From Oscillospiraceae bacterium (GTDB taxonomy: Bacteria; Bacillota; Clostridia; Oscillospirales; CAG-272), in NCBI GenBank assembly GCA_015065105.1, contig SVQZ01000002.1, forward strand, positions 78,811 through 142,810: a stretch of DNA of 64,000 bases. The letters run 5' to 3'. Positions 18,802-26,355 of this stretch are shown here, in pieces (positions within the stretch are counted from its first letter, which is position 1; the number at the start of each line of letters is the position of its first letter). Under the pieces are notes generated by a model. The model made no database searches. It saw only the letters and a list, made by a program, of their open reading frames with translations, and had not been told where the DNA came from. The position numbers and the translations under genes are program-made.

Positions 18802-19945
18802 CGTTACGTTCCTCCGCGAAAAAATTATTATATCCGTGAAATACGCGAGAATACCTCTCATTATTTTTCGAAACAGGGAAATAATTATTAAAGAATGCTT
18901 CCAAAAAATTGTCTGTGTCAAAATTATCCGGGGTCTTCATGGAAACAAATTCATTTGTTTTTTTATTGAAAAATTTAAAGGTCTGTATTTCTTCGTTGCT
19001 TAAAATACGTTGATTTATATTTTTGCCGATAATATAAACATTATTTTCTATTATTTTGAAAAAGACAGGAGAGGGAAGCCTTTCTATTCTCAGATTATCC
19101 TTATTAGATCTTGTGTTGCTTATCTGAACGGTGAAGCCTTCCTTTTTGAATCTGATAATTTCTCCCATGCCGAGCAGGCATCTGACGTACCTATGATCAT
19201 TTGCCGTTTTTTGGTTTATTCTTCTGGAATATTTCCAAGGTCTTATACAGGTTGATTCGTTATTTATATTTTCTAAATATTTGAAAAGAAAGGACCCTTC
19301 AAAATCATCATTTATTCGGCATCCCGATTTCATAACAGAATACAGGATTTTGATCTTATCAAAAGTGGTTCTTTTGAAATGATCATTATCATTAACAGAA
19401 AATCCGTAACATGCTCTTGAATTATATTTACGGCAAAGAATCTGCGGTATATTATCCGGTTTTGCAGAAGGGTAATCATTTATCTTTTGAACGGTAAAGC
19501 TTCCGAAGCCCTTGTTTTGCATTCTTCCGAAGTTTGTAACAATGAAAAAGTCGCAGATATTGTGGAGAATGACTTCGGTTAGTTCGGAATTAAAGCAGAT
19601 GAGAGTCATTGTACAGGTATTACAGAAAACGAATCTTGCTTTTATAGAATCCTTACCCATGTTTCCGTAATAAATTCCGCGTTCCGGAGGATCGATATCT
19701 TCAACTTTTTCGGAGTATTCAAATCTGAGCTTATAATTAAGGGCTTTGGGCAGCTTGGAGTTGTCTGCCTTTACTCCGAAACCGACGAGCCAGTTCTCGG
19801 GAACCTTGCCGTTTAAACGTTCAATTATGAATTTGTCCAATTTTGGCTTGACTTCGCTTGCTCTGAGGGTAGCTCCCGATTCATTCGCCTGAAAATGAAT
19901 GAGGGGGGTATGCTGCTTTAACTCAATAACGGTTTTGAAATTCAT
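18794..19945 (-). CDS. cmr1: Cmr1-like RAMP protein (first gene of the type III-B operon)
   Basis: The position, the size (383 aa), the N-terminal 'TPLIHFQ...ATLRASEVKPKL' and the G-rich loop 'NFGRMQNKGFGSF' all fit. Assignment is by context plus RAMP motifs. Confidence 0.6.
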   Translation of the reverse strand: MNFKTVIELKQHTPLIHFQANESGATLRASEVKPKLDKFIIERLNGKVPENWLVGFGVKADNSKLPKALNYKLRFEYSEKVEDIDPPERGIYYGNMGKDSIKARFVFCNTCTMTLICFNSELTEVILHNICDFFIVTNFGRMQNKGFGSFTVQKINDYPSAKPDNIPQILCRKYNSRACYGFSVNDNDHFKRTTFDKIKILYSVMKSGCRINDDFEGSFLFKYLENINNESTCIRPWKYSRRINQKTANDHRYVRCLLGMGEIIRFKKEGFTVQISNTRSNKDNLRIERLPSPVFFKIIENNVYIIGKNINQRILSNEEIQTFKFFNKKTNEFVSMKTPDNFDTDNFLEAFFNNYFPVSKNNERYSRVFHGYNNFFAEERNDG

Positions 19946-20016
19946 TTTACATCCTTTCTTAACGTTAGATTTTTTCTTGTATATTTTAGCTAATTTTTTC
20001 GACCTCGTTTTTATTT

Positions 20017-20045
20017 AGTGTACTACATTATACATAAAATGTCAA
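20017..20045 (-). promoter_or_regulatory. Candidate promoter of the cmr operon
   Basis: On the - strand: TTGACA, 17 nt, TACACT, about 70 nt upstream of the cmr1 ATG. Confidence 0.35.
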
Positions 20046-20123
20046 TATTGTTACGAAAATTTGTATTGCAGATTAATAAATCCGATATAAGTCGAAATTT
20101 AAATTTTCTGTATATATAAAACA

Positions 20124-20152
20124 ACCCGTCTGCTGTTTTTTCGCAGACGGGT
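20124..20152. terminator. Hairpin terminator between array 1 and the cmr operon
   Basis: Perfect 10-bp stem ACCCGTCTGC / GCAGACGGGT with T-rich flanks on both strands. Confidence 0.65.
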
Positions 20153-20183
20153 AATTTTGTTTTTATTATTTTGATGAATATAA

Positions 20184-20762
20184 AAATTAAAGTATTAAAG
20201 ACAAAGTGCGACAGGAGTTTTAAATGATGGTGAAACCGAAGATGCAGCGGCCATGTATCAATTCCTATAAGGTAATGTGCGACGTAACACAAATAGTGAA
20301 ACAAAAAGTAAAGCTCCAAAGCGTTCCGTATCAATTCCTATAAGGTAATGTGCGACATAATTCTCCTATTTGGAATAGGATTAGCTATTTACAAACTAAT
20401 AAGGTTCTTTATAAACCTTGTTAGAAAAACTCGGGATGATCTTGTATCAATTCCTATAAGGTAATGTGCGACATACTTGTGCAATATGTGGTAAGAAATT
20501 TAATATACGTATCAATTCCTATAAGGTAAGGTGCGACGAATATTGTGTATATAATGTTCGGTGTATCTATATGCATGATAGTATCAATTCCTATAAGGTA
20601 ATGTGCGACGCTGATGAAGTCAGAACCTATAATCCGTACCAGAAAAGCTTTGATAAGCTTAAGTATAAATTCCTATAAGGTAATGTGCGACAGGACACAC
20701 TCACATGGCAAAGGCAAACAAAGAACTCTCTACGTATAAATTCCTATAAGGTAATGTGCGAC
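20184..20762 (-). CRISPR. CRISPR array 1 (8 repeats, the distal one degenerate), transcribed leftward from the leader at 20763-20854
   Basis: 29-nt repeats (+ strand GTATCAATTCCTATAAGGTAATGTGCGAC) at 20255, 20328, 20444, 20509, 20581, 20663 and 20734, plus a degenerate remnant ending ...AAAGTGCGAC at 20212. Spacers are 42, 44, 87, 36, 43, 53 and 42 nt. In crRNA sense the repeat is GTCGCACATTACCTTATAGGAATTGATAC, which ends like the ATTGAAAC-type 8-nt tag. Confidence 0.95.
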
Positions 20763-20854
20763 AACTGTAAAATCAAGGGTTGTCAATAGTATTATACAAT
20801 AAACACTGTAAAAAGTCAAGGAAAAGTCGGTCGGTCAAATTTAGAATATTCAAT
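20763..20854 (-). promoter_or_regulatory. CRISPR leader 1 with promoter (TTGACT-17-TATAAT on the - strand; + strand coordinates 20814-20819 and 20791-20796)
   Basis: 92 nt, reverse-complement identical to 21572-21663 except for 2 mismatches. It abuts the first repeat. Confidence 0.8.
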
Positions 20855-20867
20855 TGGTAAATAAAAA

Positions 20868-21092
20868 ATGTTAAATGAAATTCTTGATTTCACGTATTCG
20901 GATGACAAAGGGGTGTATTTGAACTATAACGGAAAAAGGATGTTTGTATCGGCATTTTATAAAAAACTTTATGAAAAAATAACCGTATCAGACAAAACGC
21001 TCAGTTATATGGAGCTTATACGTATAGAAATACAGAAGCTTATCGAATATATAAATAACGGTACGGCATATATACCATATAAGTACTATTGA
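20868..21092 (+). pseudogene. cas1: cas1 remnant (C-terminal ~74 codons only)
   Basis: 'GKRMFVSAFYKKLYEKI...SYMELIRIEIQKLIEYINNGTAYIPYKYY' resembles the Cas1 C-terminal helices. The frame is closed by a stop 2 codons upstream, and leader 1 occupies the place of the missing ~250 codons. cas2 follows 15 nt downstream. Confidence 0.65.
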
Positions 21093-21107
21093 ACGGGAGG
21101 CAAAAGA

Positions 21108-21368
21108 ATGTATATTATTTTAACGTATGATATAGCCACCGTTAAAATATCCAAGGTAAGAAAGGTTTGTAAAAAATATCTTCGTCATATTCAAAAGTCT
21201 GTTTTTGAAGGGAGCTTAACCTGCTCTCAACTGAAGCTGTTGAAAAAGGAGCTTAAGCCTTTAATTTCTCCGCAAACGGACAGCATAATAATATATGAAT
21301 TTGAAAATTTAAAATTCACTTCTAAAGAACAGCTGGGAGTATCCAACGAATACACGAATGTTATCTGA
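21108..21368 (+). CDS. cas2: CRISPR-associated endoribonuclease Cas2
   Basis: 86 aa, 'MYIILTYDI...KVRKVCKKYLRHIQKSVFEG' ferredoxin-fold pattern. Confidence 0.85.
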   Translation: MYIILTYDIATVKISKVRKVCKKYLRHIQKSVFEGSLTCSQLKLLKKELKPLISPQTDSIIIYEFENLKFTSKEQLGVSNEYTNVI

Positions 21369-21571
21369 GTGGGGTAAAGCCTTATCTCTGTTTGAATATT
21401 CAGACTCTTCTATGCTTAACAATCTGTAAATCCGGAAAAAGTCGGTCGATCGGTTTGCCGAGTATTTATAAGGGTAAGTTAGCTCCCAAAGGGTGATATT
21501 TCTGCTAAAAAACGGTTTTTACACAGAAAAAGTCGGTCGGTCATAAAGCCTTTTTTTATATCGGCTTAAAT

Positions 21572-21663
21572 ATTGAATATTCTAAATTTGACTGACCGAC
21601 TTTTCCTTGACTTTTTACAGTGTTTATTGTATAATACTATCGACAACCCTTGATTTTACAGTT
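21572..21663 (+). promoter_or_regulatory. CRISPR leader 2 with promoter (TTGACT 21607-21612, 17 nt, TATAAT 21630-21635)
   Basis: Inverted copy of leader 1, ending directly at the first repeat of array 2. Confidence 0.8.
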
Positions 21664-22242
21664 GTCTCACCTTACCTTATAGGAATTGATACTTTTTACA
21701 ATGTGCGGCTTAGTGTGCTATATTTTTTATTATTGTCTCACCTTACCTTATAGGAATTGATACTTGTCCAATCTTTCATCTTGCATGCCTCCAAAATAAT
21801 TTATTCGTCGCACATTACCTTATAGGAATTGATACCCTTTCGCTTTGCAGCTTCAAGGATAGAATCTTCATCAAGTCGCACCTTACCTTATAGGAATTGA
21901 TACGCGATCCTTATTTTCTTTATCTTCATGATGTATTTACCTCCTCTTAAAAGATACGTCGCACATTACCTTATAGGAATTGATACAAAAGAAATCCAGG
22001 TTTTCTACTCTCACGAAGTGAACGGATTTCAGAAATAGTTACTTCGTGCGTTGCACCTTACCTTATAGGAATTGATACAACATTGGCCATACAATAGATC
22101 TAGAAGCATTTGACGGTGCATAGTATGCAATGTCGCACATTACCTTATAGGAATTGATACTTTATAGAGGAAAAATGGAAAACTGGCAAGGAAAAAACCT
22201 ATTAGATATAGCGTCGCACATTACCTTATAGGAATTGATTAC
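21664..22242 (+). CRISPR. CRISPR array 2 (8 repeats), transcribed rightward
   Basis: Repeats at 21664, 21735, 21807, 21875, 21958, 22050, 22132 and 22213; the last carries a 1-nt insertion (GATTAC). Consensus is GTCGCACATTACCTTATAGGAATTGATAC, with GTCTCACC / GTCGCACC / GTTGCACC variants. Spacers are 42, 43, 39, 54, 63, 53 and 52 nt. Confidence 0.95.
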
Positions 22243-22321
22243 GGTGACGGGCATTGTAAGAGCAGCGCATTGATCTATAACTTAATTTCACGTTATTCTA
22301 TATATTTAAAGCAGGTTTGAG

Positions 22322-23032
22322 ATGCAGATAAAGCTATTTTTTAAAACCGAGCCGGGCTTTTCTCTGCCCTTTAATTACAATCATCAGCTTCAAAGCGGTA
22401 TATACAGAAAGCTCGGTGAGATAGGGAGATCGGATTTTATTCATGACGTCGGATATACAAGCAAGCACTTCAAGGGCTTTGTTTTCGGCTCGGTCAACGG
22501 CGATCTTTCGGTGAAAGAAAAAAAGCTGGTGTTTGGAAAATCCTTATTCTTTGAGCTCAGATCCTTTTCCTATGAATTTTGCGATGATATTCAGAGAAGC
22601 TTTGAGAGGTTTCCGTATATGAAGCTTTTTGATACCGAGCTCGGTTTATCGGATATGAAGCTCGGCAATGTTCATATCAACAGCGAAAGGGCGGAATTTT
22701 GCGCGCAGACTCCGGTGATAGTGCATAAAAGAACACAGGACGGTAAGACTGTATATTATTCGCCGGATGATGAAGAGTTTCTGCCCGGTTTAAAGGAGAA
22801 TTTTATAAAGAAGTATTCTGCTCTTACAGGTAAAGAGGCTTCCGGAATATCTATCGATACCTTCGGTAATTACAAGAAAACGGTAACGAATTATAAGGGA
22901 ACCTGGATAAATGCCTACAAAACGAATTTTATTATATCGGGGGATAGCGAGAGCCTTGAATTTATTTATAATACGGGGCTCGGTGCAAAAAACTCCCAGG
23001 GCTTCGGAATGCTTGATCTCTTGCAGTCTTAA
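22322..23032 (+). CDS. cas6: CRISPR repeat endoribonuclease Cas6
   Basis: 236 aa, 'PFNYNHQLQSGIYRKL' and a C-terminal G-rich loop 'GLGAKNSQGFGML'. Confidence 0.85.
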   Translation: MQIKLFFKTEPGFSLPFNYNHQLQSGIYRKLGEIGRSDFIHDVGYTSKHFKGFVFGSVNGDLSVKEKKLVFGKSLFFELRSFSYEFCDDIQRSFERFPYMKLFDTELGLSDMKLGNVHINSERAEFCAQTPVIVHKRTQDGKTVYYSPDDEEFLPGLKENFIKKYSALTGKEASGISIDTFGNYKKTVTNYKGTWINAYKTNFIISGDSESLEFIYNTGLGAKNSQGFGMLDLLQS

Positions 23033-23137
23033 ATAAACCGAATATATGGAAACGGCAGTATGCCTGACAGCAATAGCAGTATTATCCGTACTAATACAAA
23101 GACCTGTACAAAGACGTACCTTCCCATGAGGTGATCT

Positions 23138-24364
23138 ATGAGATTTGCAATTATCGGAGACCTCCAGTATTGGAAAGCGGAGGTTGAAGAGCTTTCTTTC
23201 AAGATGGAGCAGATAAGGAAATATAAGCCGGATTTTTCCTTTGTAATGGGTGATGTCGGCGGTTCGCAGATGAGAAGCGAGGCGGGATTGCTCGAAACAA
23301 AGGAATACGTTTCAATGGCGGGGTGTCCCTTTCATCTTATCTACGGCAACCATGACGTTGAATACTGGCCTGACAACAGATTTGAATATGACCCCGAGAG
23401 TACCTACCGAAGGGTCTTTGAAGAGTCACCTTATATCTCCTATATTTTTGACGGTGTGCTCTTCGTCTGTCTTTCGATAGAGCGTCAGCCGTATGAGAGC
23501 TTTATTACACCCTATACCGTTTATATTTCGGACGCTCAGTATGAGTGGGCGAAAGATGTCATAGAAAAGAACAGAGATATCCCCTGTGTTATGATCGCCC
23601 ATGCTCCCGTTGCGGGCTCGGGTCTTCGCTGTGAGAGACCGATGCATAATGCGGCTCTTGACACGTATCTCGACCAGACCTTTAAAGCGGAGCGTTGGGT
23701 GAAGCTTTTGAGAGATAATCCTCAGATCAGAGTCTGGGTAAGCGCTCATTTTCATATGGGCCACGATTATGAAAGCGCCATTACCGAAAGGGAGGGTGTT
23801 GTACATATCTCTTCGGGAGTTATGACCTGCTGTACCCGTGACGAAAGGGCTCATACGAGAATTATCGATATAACCGAAGATAAAAGGCTTTTGGTTTATA
23901 CCCTTGATCATAATAATGACGGTGAGCTTATTCTTGATGCTGAAATAGATCTTTACGGTAAGGAAAAAAGCAAGGGCAGGATAAAGCGTCCGCAAAGGCA
24001 TGAGATACTTATCGGTGACGGCGATATGCCGGAATCATTGTGGTATGATGAAAGGCATAAGAGCTATTATGTTTCAACAGAAAAGGGAATGCTTTGGGAA
24101 TTTTCGGAGGAGCTTTGTGATTTCTGCGGCGCTCTTTCCTACGAGAAAAAGGTTTCCGGGCTTTTTCTGGAGAATGATATGCTTGTGCTGGAATATGCGG
24201 ACAAAACTGCCGTATCTCTTGACCTTACCTCACGAAAAAGATGGCAATATAAGGATTCTCTGCCCCGGGAGCTTAATATTTGTTCCTCTGTTTTCGGCAA
24301 AAAGCTTCCTTATGTGAGCTATGATACCTACCCTTCAAAAGAAGGGATATATATTAAATTTTAG
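23138..24364 (+). CDS. Calcineurin-like metallophosphoesterase with a ~120-aa uncharacterised C-terminal domain
   Basis: Motifs 'IIGDLQY', 'VMGDVGG', 'YGNHDVEY', 'IAHAPV', 'SAHFHMGHD'. There is no terminator between cas6 and this gene, and a GAGGTGA RBS precedes it. Confidence 0.75.
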   Translation: MRFAIIGDLQYWKAEVEELSFKMEQIRKYKPDFSFVMGDVGGSQMRSEAGLLETKEYVSMAGCPFHLIYGNHDVEYWPDNRFEYDPESTYRRVFEESPYISYIFDGVLFVCLSIERQPYESFITPYTVYISDAQYEWAKDVIEKNRDIPCVMIAHAPVAGSGLRCERPMHNAALDTYLDQTFKAERWVKLLRDNPQIRVWVSAHFHMGHDYESAITEREGVVHISSGVMTCCTRDERAHTRIIDITEDKRLLVYTLDHNNDGELILDAEIDLYGKEKSKGRIKRPQRHEILIGDGDMPESLWYDERHKSYYVSTEKGMLWEFSEELCDFCGALSYEKKVSGLFLENDMLVLEYADKTAVSLDLTSRKRWQYKDSLPRELNICSSVFGKKLPYVSYDTYPSKEGIYIKF

Positions 24365-24375
24365 AAATAAATTTT

Positions 24376-24412
24376 ACACCCTGCGTTGTAAAAAACGCAG
24401 GGTGTTTTTTTG
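24376..24412 (+). terminator. Rho-independent terminator after the metallophosphoesterase gene
   Basis: 12-bp stem ACACCCTGCGTT / AACGCAGGGTGT followed by T7. Confidence 0.8.
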
Positions 24413-24496
24413 CTGTCGATTTATGGGGAACGATTTTCAGGGGGGTACCCTACCGAAACGCAAAATCGTATGTTATGATAGATGCGAGGTGGTGAG

Positions 24497-24976
24497 ATGC
24501 ATCTGTTTGCAGAGATAAAAAACGATTACGTAACGGGCAGTGAAAGCTACAAGGCTCTTGCAAAAAAATATTCGGCGGATTATTCCGAGATCCTTTTGAC
24601 TGCAAGGGAAGAGGGTTGGGCGGAACAGAGAAGGGAATTCAGAAATTCTGCACAGTATTGTGAAAAAAGGCTTGAGGAGGTAACGCTTAAGCTTATCCGA
24701 AAGCTTGAAAGGGCAATTGACGAGCTTGACAGCTACGTTACAACGGTGCATATCAAGGAAAAGAATACCGAATATGACGAGGAAGGCAAAAAGGCTGTTT
24801 TTGAGAGGGTAGTGGAGAGTGAAGAGATATGCATCAAGAAGGGTCTTATAGACAGAACTGCCATAAAGCAGCTGGCGGCAACGATCAAGGAGCTCAAAGG
24901 CAGGGATATGCAGGAGGAGGAAGCCGAGGGAGTTGAGGTGATACTCAGCGATGAGGCGAGGGAGCTTGCAAAATGA
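24497..24976 (+). CDS. Phage terminase small subunit
   Basis: 'MHLFAEIKNDYVTGSESYKALAKKYS...' HTH-like N-terminus and an acidic C-terminus. Stop overlaps the terL start. The ATG at 24497 is preceded by GAGGTGG. Confidence 0.6.
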   Translation: MHLFAEIKNDYVTGSESYKALAKKYSADYSEILLTAREEGWAEQRREFRNSAQYCEKRLEEVTLKLIRKLERAIDELDSYVTTVHIKEKNTEYDEEGKKAVFERVVESEEICIKKGLIDRTAIKQLAATIKELKGRDMQEEEAEGVEVILSDEARELAK

Positions 24977-26355
24977 AAAGACATATTATCGGAAAACCGA
25001 ATGAAAAGCAGGTCTTATTTATGCAGGATTCTCACAGGTATATAGCCTTCGGCGGAGCAAGAGGCGGAGGTAAGAGCTGGGCGGTCAGAGCCAAAGCAAA
25101 GCTTCTTTGCTTTAACTATCCCGGAATAAGGATACTTATTGTAAGGCGGACCTATCCCGAGCTTTACAACAACCATATCAACATACTCCGCCGTGAGCTT
25201 GCGGGCTCGGTAAAATATAATGACAAGGAAAAGCTTATGACATTTGAGAATTCAAGTACCATAAGCTTTTCTTACTGTGCACATGATAAGGATCTTGACA
25301 GACTGCAGGGTGTGGAATACGATGTGATTTTTCTTGACGAGGCTACACAGCTTTCCGAGTTTCAGATGAGAGCTATATGTGCCTGCGTACGTGCGGTGAA
25401 CGATTACCCTAAACGTGTATATTACACCTGCAATCCGGGAGGAAAGGGTCATTCTTATATAAAGAGGCTCTTTATAGACCGTAGATATGAGGACGGGGAA
25501 AATCCGAAGGATTACTTCTTTATTCAGTCCCTTGTTACCGATAATACGGCTCTTATGGATGCCGACCCCGATTACATAAAGCAGCTTGACGCTCTTCCCG
25601 CAAAGCTTAAGGACGCATGGAGATACGGCGACTGGAATATTTTTGAGGGTCAGTTCTTTGAGGATTTCAGAGATGATCCCGAACATTATGACGACCGCCG
25701 TTATACCCACGTTATACCGGCCTTTGAAGTCCCTTTTGGGTGGAATATCTACCGTTCCTACGACTTCGGCTATAATAAGCCCTTTTCATGTGCATGGTGG
25801 GCTGTTGATTATGACGGTATTATCTATCGTATCCTTGAGCTTTACGGCTGTACCAAGAATCCAAATGAGGGTGTTAAATGGACTCCCGACCGACAGTTTG
25901 AAGAGATCGCAAGGGTGGAAAGTGAGCATCCCTGGCTTAAGGGCAAGCAGATACAGGGTGTTGCCGATCCTTCTATATGGGATACATCGCGGGGAGAGAG
26001 CGTAGCTGATACCGCTGCCCGTTACGGAATCTATTTTACCCCGGGAGATAACAAGCGGATAGCCGGTTGGATGCAGATGCATTACCGTCTTTCCTTTGAC
26101 AGCCGGGGTTATCCCATGATGTATATCTTTGATAACTGTAAGGCGTTTATCAGAACTCTGCCCCTGCTGACCTTCAGCGAGGTTAATCCCGAGGATCTTG
26201 ATTCCTCGCTGGAGGACCATTGTGCAGATGAGGCCCGTTATTTCTGTATGATGAGACCTATCTCTCCCACCGCTTTGCACACGGCATCAAAGCCCTGTGA
26301 CGACCCCTTAAATTTGATGAATGCGGCCGCAAAAAACAAAATGAGGAGGATATGA
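24973..26355 (+). CDS. Phage terminase large subunit
   Basis: Walker A 'GGARGGGKSWA', Walker B 'VIFLDEATQ', and C-terminal nuclease acidic residues. Confidence 0.85.
   Translation: MKRHIIGKPNEKQVLFMQDSHRYIAFGGARGGGKSWAVRAKAKLLCFNYPGIRILIVRRTYPELYNNHINILRRELAGSVKYNDKEKLMTFENSSTISFSYCAHDKDLDRLQGVEYDVIFLDEATQLSEFQMRAICACVRAVNDYPKRVYYTCNPGGKGHSYIKRLFIDRRYEDGENPKDYFFIQSLVTDNTALMDADPDYIKQLDALPAKLKDAWRYGDWNIFEGQFFEDFRDDPEHYDDRRYTHVIPAFEVPFGWNIYRSYDFGYNKPFSCAWWAVDYDGIIYRILELYGCTKNPNEGVKWTPDRQFEEIARVESEHPWLKGKQIQGVADPSIWDTSRGESVADTAARYGIYFTPGDNKRIAGWMQMHYRLSFDSRGYPMMYIFDNCKAFIRTLPLLTFSEVNPEDLDSSLEDHCADEARYFCMMRPISPTALHTASKPCDDPLNLMNAAAKNKMRRI

Noticed and set aside
19946-20123. Similarity of 'TTTTTCGACCTCG' (about 20000) to the element terminus 'CTTTTTCGACAGTCTG'.
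   Set aside because: Only a ~9-nt match in an AT-rich region, which is within chance expectation. I did not count it as a motif occurrence.
20357-20443. The 87-nt interval in array 1 as two spacers separated by a degenerate repeat.
   Set aside because: Anchoring on the only similar stretch (TAATAAGGT versus TATAAGGT) gives about 4 of 12 matches upstream and almost none downstream. The length also does not fit spacer + 29-nt repeat + spacer. I kept it as a single unusually long spacer.
20023-20678. ORFs 20023-20334 (-) and 20466-20678 (+) inside CRISPR array 1.
   Set aside because: They are read-through of repeat-spacer units. The periodic 'INSYKV(M/R)CD' peptide is just the translated repeat.
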